Source of the DNA: Nitrospirota bacterium
GTDB taxonomy: Bacteria; Nitrospirota; Nitrospiria; JACQBZ01
DNA length: 64,000 bases
Reading direction: 5' to 3'
Assembly: GCA_016200255.1 (NCBI GenBank)
Contig: JACQFA010000008.1
Coordinates: 561-64,560, forward strand
The notes under the pieces are model-generated. The model saw only the letters and a list, made by a program, of their open reading frames with translations, had not been told where the DNA came from and did no database searches. Both the position numbers and the translations under genes were made by a program. This document shows, piece after piece, positions 28,660 through 37,930 of the stretch (position 1 is its first letter; each line of letters begins with the position of its first letter).

Positions 28660-29618
28660 CAGAAATCTCCAGATAGATAAACGTTTAAATGACGTTCAAC
28701 CGATCGGGCCAGCGCGTCGAGATTGTACCCCCCCTCAAGGCAGGACAGGACCCTTCCCTGACAATGAACACGGGCCCAGTCGTTAACCATCCGCGTCATC
28801 TCCCCAAAACCATCCTCGGTCACGCGCATGTTGGCCAGCGGATCATCCCGATGGGCGTCGAAGCCGGCCGAGATCAGGATGAAGTCTGGCCGAAACGCCT
28901 CGACGGCCGGACGAAGCGATTTCTCGAAGACCGCCATGTATTCATCATCTCCCTTGCCGGGTGAAAGCGGACAGTTCAACGTATAGCCTTCCCCTGCGCC
29001 GCGGCCGTGTTCGTCCGCCCGTCCGGTTCCGGGATAAAGCGGAAACTGGTGAATGCTGAAGTAAAAGACGGTCGGGTCCTCCTCAAAGATATGCTGCGTC
29101 CCGTTTCCGTGATGGACATCCCAGTCGACGATCATTATTTTTTTAAGACCGTGCCGGCGTTGCAGGTAACGCGCCGCGATCGCGACGTTATTCAAAAGAC
29201 AGAATCCCATGGCGCGGTTGGACTCGGCATGATGACCGGGCGGACGCACGGCACAAAACGCGTTTTTGAACCGCCCCGCCAGGATCCCATCCGCCGCGGT
29301 TAACATCCCCTCCACGGCCAGGAGCGCCGCGCGATACGACTCGGATGACATCAATGTATCGGCATCAATGTGTGCGATCCCGGTCTCCGGCCGAAGATGT
29401 TCAAGCCGGCTGAGATGGCCGGGTTGATGCACCTGCGCGATCCAGTCCGAAAGATCGGGCCGCGGCGGGCCGGGACGGACCCCCGTCAATCGTTTCATCA
29501 AACCCGTCTCCTCCAAACGGCTGCTAATGGCCTTCAAACGAAGAGGTGATTCCGGATGATAACCTCCGGTGTCATGCAAAAGGTAATCGGGATGATAGAT
29601 CAAACCGGTGCTGTCCAC
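28659..29618 (-). CDS. Histone-deacetylase-family (acetoin-utilisation AcuC/HDAC-like) amidohydrolase.
   Basis: DWDVHHGNGTQ and SAGFDAH motifs. Confidence 0.8.
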   Translation of the reverse strand: MDSTGLIYHPDYLLHDTGGYHPESPLRLKAISSRLEETGLMKRLTGVRPGPPRPDLSDWIAQVHQPGHLSRLEHLRPETGIAHIDADTLMSSESYRAALLAVEGMLTAADGILAGRFKNAFCAVRPPGHHAESNRAMGFCLLNNVAIAARYLQRRHGLKKIMIVDWDVHHGNGTQHIFEEDPTVFYFSIHQFPLYPGTGRADEHGRGAGEGYTLNCPLSPGKGDDEYMAVFEKSLRPAVEAFRPDFILISAGFDAHRDDPLANMRVTEDGFGEMTRMVNDWARVHCQGRVLSCLEGGYNLDALARSVERHLNVYLSGDF

Positions 29619-29717
29619 GGCCCTTATCCTAACATAGGGTGATCGTCAGAACAAGCCGGGCGTCTTAAGATTTGGATTGCGGATTCAGGGGAGTTTCGTT
29701 ACAATGGGGGCCGACCT

Positions 29718-30872
29718 TTGAGAAGACAGATGATGCGCGATCGTCAATGGCTCACCCCCTTTTTGATCATTCTCCTTGCCAGCTGCAGCCCGCGAACACC
29801 CGCTCCGCCGCCGCCCGAGATGTTTAACACCCCGTCCAGCTATCCCGTCGGCGTTAACCCGACCGGAATCGCCGCGGCCGACGTAAACCATGACGGAAAT
29901 CTGGACTTGATCACGCCGAACTTCGGAAGCAACGACCTTTCCGTCCTCCTTGGAAACGGCGACGGGACCTTCCAGGATCAAAAACGCACGGCCGTGGGGA
30001 TCGAGCCGAAATCGATCGCGGTCGGACGGTTCGACGCCGATCCGTATCCGGACGTCGCGGTCATTCATCATTCCGATGCCGTCCTGTTGATCCTGTCCGG
30101 TGACGGGAGCGGAAATTTTCATCCGACCCAGCGCGAAGATCTGCACAAGACACCGACGGCCATTGTGGCGGCCGATTTTAATGGCGATGGGAATCTCGAC
30201 CTGGCCGTCTCATTGATGCTGGACCGCGTCCTGATTTTTACCGGGGACGGTCACGGCCGGTTTAAACAAACCTATGCGTTCGATCCGGGCGATACCCCGA
30301 CTTCGATGGTAGCGGCCGACATGAACCATGACGGGTATATGGACCTGGTGATCGCCAACAATGGGTCGATGAAACCGGGACTGGCCATTTATTGGGGAAA
30401 GGGGGACGGAACGTTTGAAAGGTCGCAACACTACCCCACGCGTCTCCGTCCCTTGATCGTCAATACCGGGGACTACAATGGGGACGGATTTACCGACGTG
30501 GTGGCGATTTACAGTTCCGAAAGCACGCTGGCCCTTTTTCTTGGCGGCCGCGACGGCACGCTTCAGGATGGGATCAACTTCGGAGCGGAAGGGGGACCGA
30601 CGTCTGTCCTGATGGGCGATTATAACCACGACGGCAAACAGGACATCCTGATCACGAATAACCTAAGCAACCATTTTTCGATCGCCTTCGGAAAGGGAGA
30701 TGGAACATTCGCTTATCCTCCCGTCAGTTATCGGACGGGCGACGGGCCCTTCGCCGTCATCGATGGGAAGTTCAATAAAGAGAGCTCAAACGGACTGGCG
30801 ATCGCGAACAATGTGAGCAACACCGTCTCGATCTACCTCGCCAAAGAACACCCCTCGGCCGGAAAACCATAA
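29718..30872 (+). CDS. FG-GAP/VCBS-repeat lipoprotein.
   Basis: Lipobox LLASC. Repeated D.N.DG..D...N loops with hydrophobic beta strands. It is paralogous to the C-terminal region of the giant lipoprotein. Confidence 0.7.
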   Translation: MRRQMMRDRQWLTPFLIILLASCSPRTPAPPPPEMFNTPSSYPVGVNPTGIAAADVNHDGNLDLITPNFGSNDLSVLLGNGDGTFQDQKRTAVGIEPKSIAVGRFDADPYPDVAVIHHSDAVLLILSGDGSGNFHPTQREDLHKTPTAIVAADFNGDGNLDLAVSLMLDRVLIFTGDGHGRFKQTYAFDPGDTPTSMVAADMNHDGYMDLVIANNGSMKPGLAIYWGKGDGTFERSQHYPTRLRPLIVNTGDYNGDGFTDVVAIYSSESTLALFLGGRDGTLQDGINFGAEGGPTSVLMGDYNHDGKQDILITNNLSNHFSIAFGKGDGTFAYPPVSYRTGDGPFAVIDGKFNKESSNGLAIANNVSNTVSIYLAKEHPSAGKP

Positions 30873-30890
30873 CCTCGGGGCGACCCGCTC

Positions 30891-31463
30891 CTATTTCCTC
30901 TGCACCAGCCTGAAGGTCATGCTCATCCCCGGCTGCAGACTGTTGCTTTTGGCAAAACCGGCTGCGGCCTGCATCACGTAAAGAGCCTCCGGCTCCTTCG
31001 GGCCATACGTAGGACAGGGATCCGTCGCACAGGGCGGGGCGGCCTCCTCGACATGCAAGATCTTTCGGTCACGGTCCATCCAGATCATGTCGATCGGAAA
31101 GTGACTGTTCTTGGTCCAGAGTCGGTGCGAATCCTCGTCTTCATAGATAAACAGCATCGCGCCGTCGGGAGGAAGCTTCTTGGCGAAAAACAGCCCGACA
31201 ACCTGTTTTTCAGGGCTCTCGGCCACCTGGGCGAGAATCTGCTTTCCGTTGGGAAGCTCGACCATGAAATAATTGATGTCCTGATTGCCCATCATCAACG
31301 GCATGGCGATTCCCAGTGTCACAAGGGCGAACAAGAGGAAGGCTCCTTTCTTAAGATTCTTTTTATCGAGGGCCATGGCACGTATCATAGGTTCAGCCAA
31401 GTAAAAAGTCAATCCAATCGGGATAAAAAAAAGCCCCTCCGTTTCCGGAGGGGCTTTTGTCAA
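30891..31463 (-). CDS. DUF192-family secreted protein. The annotated TTG start falls inside the upstream terminator hairpin; the likely true start is the ATG at about 31388 (MIRAMALDKK...).
   Basis: DUF192 core (FPIDMIWMD ... CATDPCPTYGP). The first 25 codons of the called ORF are the translation of a terminator stem-loop. Confidence 0.7.
   Translation of the reverse strand: MTKAPPETEGLFFIPIGLTFYLAEPMIRAMALDKKNLKKGAFLLFALVTLGIAMPLMMGNQDINYFMVELPNGKQILAQVAESPEKQVVGLFFAKKLPPDGAMLFIYEDEDSHRLWTKNSHFPIDMIWMDRDRKILHVEEAAPPCATDPCPTYGPKEPEALYVMQAAAGFAKSNSLQPGMSMTFRLVQRK
31433..31454 (-). terminator. Strong Rho-independent terminator for the outer-membrane protein gene.
   Basis: GCCCCTCCG-tttc-CGGAGGGGC hairpin flanked by A8 (plus strand) / T8 (minus strand). 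Confidence 0.8.
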
Positions 31464-31478
31464 ACAGAGAATCCGGCC

Positions 31479-32720
31479 TTATTTGAAACGATACGTGGCC
31501 GAAAGCATCGAGGACAGCGTCTCCGCCACACCCGAAACCACGTAGGTGCCGCTGAACAGAATATCCTGATTGATCACCGCGTCCAGCATCAGGTTATCCG
31601 CAACGGCCCAGCCGAACCCCATACTCACGGTGGCAGTACCGTCGGCAACCTTCGTAACTTTGCTGGCACCCGCTGTGGTGCAAGTCGGGTCCACATTCTT
31701 ACAGTCCGTGGTGTTGTAGAGCGCACTGGACAGACCGATACGCGTCTTCACCACTTTAAAGGTCTGGTGCTCGACCGCGACATTCACGGGAATGGTCAAG
31801 TTCGAGGTCGTCGTTTTCGATCCAGCCGGCTTTGGCTTGGCTTCGGTGGACGTGGATGCGATCCCGACACCGGCCACCAACAGCGTGTTCGGATTGGGCA
31901 TCGAGTTCACGGCCGTATCGACGCGAATGGTATTGGATGTCAGTCCGACCTTGGTCCCCCCTGTAGCCTTCAACGAGGCGTCACCCAAGAGGATCTGGCC
32001 CGTGGTCAACAGTTTGGCGTTGCCGCCCAATCCGGTGTGGAGCCGTCCGAGCAGCGCGACATTGATGGCCCCATCGGTTTGGACTTTTGTGGTGCCGTTG
32101 TTGGTTTCAAAAGAAGGCATTCCAAGATTGAGTGCGACATCGAGCATGTTGTTCATGACCAGTCCGCCGACACCCAGATTGATCTCGGAGGCGTCATTCG
32201 TTGTTTTAACGCCCGCAGTCTTCACATCTGCGGCACGAGAGGCATAGCTCAGATAGAAACCGAGCGGCATGCCGTGCGTGGCGTAGAACAGATCAAACCG
32301 ATTGTCTAGCGGAGCCGTCAAAGGCGCAACACCCGGTAAGCCCCCAATCGCGGTCGCGGCCGCATTGAGCGGACCGGCATACGGCCGGCCAAGATAGACG
32401 CCCCAACCCCCGTAGGAGACATCCATGTTCATACCACCCCATTGAGAACCAAAACCAATACCGTCCTGGTTTGGACCCAGACCAGCGCCACCCCCGATGG
32501 ATGGGTTTGCAGCCGTATACGTTCCGAGTTCACCATAGACGTTATTTTTGTAATTGCTGAGCTGTGCGGGGTTGATAAAGATATTAAAATCATCCTCAAT
32601 CTGCCAGTTGGCCACACCCATACCCGCCATGCGGGAATCCCTCGTCGGGTTGCTGATGACCTGGGCTGATGCGGTTGAAGCGAAGAGAAGGGTTAAGAAT
32701 ACTGCAGCAAGTTTCTTCAT
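31479..32720 (-). CDS. Outer-membrane beta-barrel protein (porin-like).
   Basis: Signal peptide MKKLAAVFLTLLFASTASAQ. Alternating amphipathic beta-strand composition rich in Gly/Thr/Asn. Aromatic near the C-terminus (YRFK). Confidence 0.6.
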   Translation of the reverse strand: MKKLAAVFLTLLFASTASAQVISNPTRDSRMAGMGVANWQIEDDFNIFINPAQLSNYKNNVYGELGTYTAANPSIGGGAGLGPNQDGIGFGSQWGGMNMDVSYGGWGVYLGRPYAGPLNAAATAIGGLPGVAPLTAPLDNRFDLFYATHGMPLGFYLSYASRAADVKTAGVKTTNDASEINLGVGGLVMNNMLDVALNLGMPSFETNNGTTKVQTDGAINVALLGRLHTGLGGNAKLLTTGQILLGDASLKATGGTKVGLTSNTIRVDTAVNSMPNPNTLLVAGVGIASTSTEAKPKPAGSKTTTSNLTIPVNVAVEHQTFKVVKTRIGLSSALYNTTDCKNVDPTCTTAGASKVTKVADGTATVSMGFGWAVADNLMLDAVINQDILFSGTYVVSGVAETLSSMLSATYRFK

Positions 32721-33025
32721 GCTCTGTTCCTCCTTTATTGAGTGTGCATCCGGAAAACAACTGCAACATCAAATAACGCGGAGTACCCTTGCACTACGTA
32801 TGCAAACAACCTTGGAACCTGCTGTGTTTTGCGATCGACCGGTTCACCCCCTTTCAAATCCGTTCCGTTCGACCGAGGCGTTAATGACCGCAATCCGAGG
32901 CATCCCCCATGCCGAACAACGATCGTTACCGATAACAAAATTGTCGGCACTATAACATGGGTCGAAAAAAGTGTCAAGTTTTTTTTCTGATTTATCAAGC
33001 TGAAAGAGCGTCGGAGAGTCCCGGG

Positions 33026-33706
33026 TTAAACCGTCAGAAGACGAAACCGCGTCTTCCAGGCCCAGAGCCGCTCCTCCCTTCGCTTGTATCCCGGAGAGCG
33101 TTTGAACATTTCCAACGCGACTCGATAGACCGTGACGGCCTTGTCCCTCTCGCCGGCCCGTTGATAGGCCAGCCCCAGAAGATAATGTCCTTCGACGCTG
33201 GAAGAGAAAATGGACCGGAATCGCTCGAGCCGCTCCGCGGCCTGCCCCACCTGTCCCTGGTGCAACAGGAATTCACCCCAGCGAAGGGAGGGCTCGCCGT
33301 ACCGGAGTTTTGGACTGCGTTCCAACGCCAGCCGGATTAAATCTTCCCCTTCCGGCACTCTTCCGGTCCAAAGGTAGGCCAGCCCGAGGTCGCAGATCGT
33401 CTCATCCGATTCCGGCATGCGCTCCATCGCCATTTGAAGATGCGGCGCCGCTTCATGAAAGCGGCGGGCTTCAACCAACAGTCGTCCCAGATCGCGGCGG
33501 GCCGCGGCGTCATGAGGATTGATATCGAGATCCCTCAAAAGCGCCCGGATCGCGGCGGCGCGCCGGAACCGACCAAACAGCCGCCGGGATAGCCCGATGA
33601 ACTGATAATCGACGGCAAGATAGAAGACCAGAATCACCAGCAGCGCGATCACCGGGCTGCCGGTCAGGAGGGTGATCAAGAAGAATAGGAAGAGATTCCG
33701 CATCAA
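33026..33706 (-). CDS. Membrane-anchored TPR-repeat protein.
   Basis: N-terminal transmembrane helix. Several TPR-like repeats (AxxxxxxA, Y/G spacing). Confidence 0.55.
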   Translation of the reverse strand: MMRNLFLFFLITLLTGSPVIALLVILVFYLAVDYQFIGLSRRLFGRFRRAAAIRALLRDLDINPHDAAARRDLGRLLVEARRFHEAAPHLQMAMERMPESDETICDLGLAYLWTGRVPEGEDLIRLALERSPKLRYGEPSLRWGEFLLHQGQVGQAAERLERFRSIFSSSVEGHYLLGLAYQRAGERDKAVTVYRVALEMFKRSPGYKRREERLWAWKTRFRLLTV

Positions 33707-33707
33707 A

Positions 33708-34433
33708 CTAAAACGACCGTTTGGCCAGTTTTTCGAGCGCCTGTTTGGCCGCCTGCTGCTCGGCTTCCTTCTTGCTCCGGCCCCGGCCGATGCCGAAGAC
33801 CTCCTCCCGGATCGTCAGCTTGACCTCAAACTGTTTCTGGTGATCGGGACCCGACTCACTTAAAACGCGGTAGGTCGGCAGAACGTCGTATTCCCGCTGG
33901 CAGCATTCCTGAAGCTCGGTTTTGTAATCCATGTCGTCCTGATGCGGGTCGGAGCGATGCATTTCGTCGTCAAAGATCTTCAGGAGCACCGTGCGGGCGG
34001 TCTCAAATCCGCCGTCCAGATAGACTGCCGCAATCACGGCTTCCAGGGCGTCCGCCAGCAGCGACGGTTTTTCCCGGCCTCGGGTCCGTTCTTCACCCCG
34101 ACCGAGCGACAGAACGTCGCCGACGCCCAGCCGCTTCGCGACGCGGGCCAGGGTGACCTCGCTCACGATCCGGGCCTTCATTTTGGAAAGATCGCCCTCG
34201 GTCGAGAGCGGGTAGAGCGCGATCAGGCCCTCGCTGACCACCAGATCCAGAACGGCATCGCCCAGGAATTCCAACCGTTCATTATCCTGCGCCGCCCGGT
34301 CTTTTTCGGTAACGCGCAGTTCATTCAGATAGGACTTATGGGTAAGGGCTTCGCGCAGAAGATCCGGCTTGTGGAAGGAGTACCCTAAGGTTTTTTGGAA
34401 TGGATCGAGTGATTCGACCGACATAACGGCCAT
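33708..34433 (-). CDS. rnc: Ribonuclease III.
   Basis: ERLEFLGDAVLDLVVSE catalytic signature and a C-terminal dsRBD. Confidence 0.9.
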   Translation of the reverse strand: MAVMSVESLDPFQKTLGYSFHKPDLLREALTHKSYLNELRVTEKDRAAQDNERLEFLGDAVLDLVVSEGLIALYPLSTEGDLSKMKARIVSEVTLARVAKRLGVGDVLSLGRGEERTRGREKPSLLADALEAVIAAVYLDGGFETARTVLLKIFDDEMHRSDPHQDDMDYKTELQECCQREYDVLPTYRVLSESGPDHQKQFEVKLTIREEVFGIGRGRSKKEAEQQAAKQALEKLAKRSF

Positions 34434-35702
34434 TCATTGTGCTTCATATTTTTTAAAGATCAGACAGGCGTTTGTTCCTCCGAAACCGAACGAGTTCGAG
34501 AGGGCCGCGCCCGGCTGCGCCTTCCGCGCGGTGTTGGGGACACAATCCAGATCGCACTCGGGGTCCGGATTCTCGTAATTGATCGTGGGCGGAATGATGC
34601 CGTGAACCAGCGCCAGGACGGTAAAGACCGCCTCGATCCCTCCGGCCGCTCCCAACAGATGACCGGTCATGGATTTGGTGGAACTGACCGGGATCCGTTT
34701 GGCCTGGTCTCCGAACACGGTCTTGATCGCCAGCGTCTCGATTTTGTCCGCAAACGTGGAGGTGGCATGGGCATTGATGTAGCCGATCTCGTCCGGTTTC
34801 AACCCCGCATCCTTGAGCGCCAGCGACATGCATCGAATCGCGCCCATCCCGTTGTCCGGCGGCGCCGTGATGTGATAGGCGTCAGCCGTCATGGCATAGC
34901 CGACCAGTTCGGCGTAGATCCGCACGCCGCGCCGTCACGCCGACTCCAACTCTTCCAGCAGCAGCAGACCGGCGCCCTCGCCCACCACAAAACCGTCGCG
35001 TTCCCGGTCAAACGGCCGGCTGGCATGGATGGGGTCATTGTTACGCGTCGAGAGGGCGCGCGAGGCCGCGAACCCGGCCACGGCGAGAGGCGTGATCGCG
35101 GCTTCCGCCCCCCCGGCAATCATCGCGTCGGCTTCGCCCCGCTGGATGATCCGGAAAGCATCCCCGATGCAGTTGTTCCCGGTGGCGCAGGCCGTGACCG
35201 CGCAGGAGTTCGGCCCCTGCAGACCGTATCGGATTCCAATCTGGCCGGAGGCCAGATTGATGATCGTCATCGGAATGAAAAACGGGGTGATCCGCTTGGG
35301 GCCCTTTTCAATGAGGACATTGTGCCACTCTTCGATGGCATGGAGACCGCCGATCCCGGAACCGACATAGACGCCGATCCGCTCCGCGTTCTCCGTCGTC
35401 ACCTTCAATCCGGAATCATCCATCGCCATCTGGCTGGCCGCAATGGCGTAATGAATGAAGGTATCCATCTTCTTGATTTCTTTTTTATCGATATAATTCG
35501 CGGGATCAAAACCCTTCACCTCGGCCGCGATCTGCACCGGCATATCGGCTAAATCAAACCGCGTGATGCGGCCCACGCCGCTGATTCCATCGCAGAGGGC
35601 CTTCCACGTCGGCTCCACTCCGATTCCCAAAGGAGTCACTGTCCCCAAACCTGTCACGACCACACGGCGCTTCAGAACCACACCTCCCTTGTCATGCCGC
35701 AA
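34434..35702 (-). pseudogene. fabF: Beta-ketoacyl-ACP synthase II interrupted by an in-frame TGA at 34935..34937 (LEELESA[17 protein letters not shown]). The same frame continues for 163 codons to the natural TGA stop.
   Basis: The two ORF-track pieces (34935..35702 and 34434..34925) are in the same frame and together align end-to-end with FabF (E. coli ...[21 protein letters not shown]...). The stop replaces a conserved Lys/Arg position and is one substitution away from AGA/CGA. Confidence 0.6.
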
Positions 35703-35711
35703 CCATCCGGA

Positions 35712-35945
35712 TTAGGCCCGTTCTTTGATGTAATCAATGACGTTTTGCACCGTAAGGATTTTTTCGGCGTCTTCGTCCGGGATTTCGATTCCGAACTCCT
35801 CCTCAAAAGCCATGACCAGTTCGACCGTATCCAGCGAATCCGCACCCAGATCATCCACAAAGGAGGCATCCGGCGTCACATCCTCTTCATCCACTCCAAG
35901 TTGCTCGATAATAATCTTTTTCACCTTTTCATCCGCGGCTGCCAT
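35712..35945 (-). CDS. acpP: Acyl carrier protein.
   Basis: [20 protein letters not shown] phosphopantetheine-site motif. A GGGAGGTG Shine-Dalgarno sequence precedes it. Confidence 0.95.
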   Translation of the reverse strand: MAAADEKVKKIIIEQLGVDEEDVTPDASFVDDLGADSLDTVELVMAFEEEFGIEIPDEDAEKILTVQNVIDYIKERA

Positions 35946-35999
35946 TGGTTTTGCACCTCCCGTCTTGAGTTGATAATTGAAAATTCAAACGATGTCTCT

Positions 36000-36743
36000 T
36001 CAGACCATCAACATGCCGCCGTTGACATGAATCACCTGCCCTGTAATATACCCGGCCTCCTCCGAAACCAGGAACCGGACCGCATGGGCGATATCCTGGG
36101 GCGTTCCGAGCCGGCCCAGCGGAATCTGCTTCATCAGGACTTCCCGCACATCGGGCGACAGATCCCGGGTCATCGCCGTATCAATGAATCCGGGTGCCAC
36201 GGCGTTGGCCGTGATTCCGCGGCTGGCGTATTCACGCGCAACGGACTTTGTAAAACCTATCAGGGCCGCCTTGGACGCGGCATAGTTGGCCTGACCGGCG
36301 TTTCCCATCACGCCCACGACGGACGCAATGCTGACGATTCGTCCCCGGCGATTCTTGGTCATCACCGGCAGCACCGATTTTGTGCAGTGAAAGGCGCCTT
36401 TCAGATTGACGTTCAGAACCAGATCCCAATCCTCCTCTTTCATCCGAACGAGGAGACCGTCGCGGGTAATCCCCGCATTATTGATCAAAATGTCGATCCG
36501 TCCGAACTCCTTAATCGCCCGATCCGCCAACTCTGCCACGGCCTTGCCGTCCGTGACGTTGGCCTCCACTGCAAGACATTTGATGTCGCCGACGGCGAGT
36601 TCCTTGGCCGTCTGTCGGGCCTCGTTCAGGTTCACATCCGATATCACCAGATGGGCGCCGCCCTCTGCCAGGCTTTGCGAGATCGCCTTGCCGATGCCGC
36701 GGGCCCCTCCCGTTACAATGGCCACCTGTCCCTTTAGATTCAT
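36000..36743 (-). CDS. fabG: 3-oxoacyl-ACP reductase (short-chain dehydrogenase/reductase).
   Basis: TGGARGIG ... NAG ... YAASK motifs. Confidence 0.9.
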   Translation of the reverse strand: MNLKGQVAIVTGGARGIGKAISQSLAEGGAHLVISDVNLNEARQTAKELAVGDIKCLAVEANVTDGKAVAELADRAIKEFGRIDILINNAGITRDGLLVRMKEEDWDLVLNVNLKGAFHCTKSVLPVMTKNRRGRIVSIASVVGVMGNAGQANYAASKAALIGFTKSVAREYASRGITANAVAPGFIDTAMTRDLSPDVREVLMKQIPLGRLGTPQDIAHAVRFLVSEEAGYITGQVIHVNGGMLMV

Positions 36744-36780
36744 GCCTACCCCCTGCCTACTGATTTAAAAGACTCCTGGA

Positions 36781-37719
36781 TCACGCGGTCAACTCACGGA
36801 GAGTTGACTCCAAACTGTCCGGATCTTCCACGTGACAGATCGTCGCATCCTTTGCGATCCGTTTGACCAGGCCGGATAGAACCGTCCCCGGACCGATCTC
36901 GACAAAAGCCGTTACGCCGTCCTGAACCATCCGCTGCACGGTGTCCACCCAAAGTACGGGAGCCGCCAACTGCCCAACCAGCGCTTTCTTTGCCGAATCC
37001 CCCGACGTAATCGGTGCGGCATCAAGATTGGTCACGACCGGAATCTGAAGCGGGAGGAGCGTTACCCTGGACAGATCCCGTGCGAGCCGTTCAGCCGCCG
37101 GCTTCATCAAAGCGCAATGCGAAGGAACACTGACGGCCAGCGGAATGATCCGTTTTGCGCCTCGCTCCTTGGCCAGAGCCATTGCGGCCTCAACCGCGCG
37201 TCGCTCGCCCCCGATCACGATTTGGACCGGCGAATTGATATTGGCGGCCGAAACAACCCCATGCCCGGACGCCGCCTTGCAGATATCCTCCACGGCCGCC
37301 CGATCCAGACCCAGGATCGCCGCCATCGCACCGGCGCCTTCCGGAACAGCCTCCTGCATATACCGGCCGCGGTTTTGCACCAAGGCCACGGCATCCGGGA
37401 AGGTCATGCTGCCAGCCGCGACAAGCGCGGTATACTCTCCCAGGCTGTGGCCGGCCAGCATCGAGGCCGAAAGTCCCTTTTCCTTCGCCAAGGTCCAGGC
37501 GGCCACGCTGGTCGTCAGAAGCGCCGGCTGCGTGTATTCGGTCCGATTCAACTGATCGTCCGGGCCCTGATGACAGAGCCGAGCAACATCATACCCCAGC
37601 ACCTTCCCGGCCGCATGGTAAATCTCCCGGACCGACTCGGAGGCCTGGTACAATCTGGCACCCATTCCGACGTGCTGGGAACCCTGGCCTGGAAACAGAA
37701 AAGCAACCGTCATTTTCAA
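36781..37719 (-). CDS. fabD: Malonyl-CoA:ACP transacylase.
   Basis: GHSLGEY active-site motif. Confidence 0.9.
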   Translation of the reverse strand: MKMTVAFLFPGQGSQHVGMGARLYQASESVREIYHAAGKVLGYDVARLCHQGPDDQLNRTEYTQPALLTTSVAAWTLAKEKGLSASMLAGHSLGEYTALVAAGSMTFPDAVALVQNRGRYMQEAVPEGAGAMAAILGLDRAAVEDICKAASGHGVVSAANINSPVQIVIGGERRAVEAAMALAKERGAKRIIPLAVSVPSHCALMKPAAERLARDLSRVTLLPLQIPVVTNLDAAPITSGDSAKKALVGQLAAPVLWVDTVQRMVQDGVTAFVEIGPGTVLSGLVKRIAKDATICHVEDPDSLESTLRELTA

Positions 37720-37930
37720 ATGACTGAGATATTGCTTAAATTAGTTCCTGAAGTCAACAAAAAAATAACCTGAAATTGAGTAAAATTCAGGCGACCCGGT
37801 ATCCCTGAATCGGCAACGGATTGAGACAACCTTTGGGAGAAATCGCTTACACCAAAAGGCGGGATCGCTCAGCTTTGAAGAAGAACCTGATCATGATCAT
37901 CCGCTTGTCCCGGGGCGCCCGACACCCGTT

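Noticed and set aside
31053-32309. 418-aa plus-strand ORF spanning the DUF192/porin region.
   Set aside because: Antisense to two supported minus-strand genes and runs across their terminator hairpin.
34437-35552. 371-aa plus-strand ORF over fabF; 35694..36737 over acpP/fabG; 23798..24895 over thrB; 54611..55408 over hemW; 55487..56248 over the permease.
   Set aside because: All are antisense to genes with unmistakable conserved motifs on the other strand.
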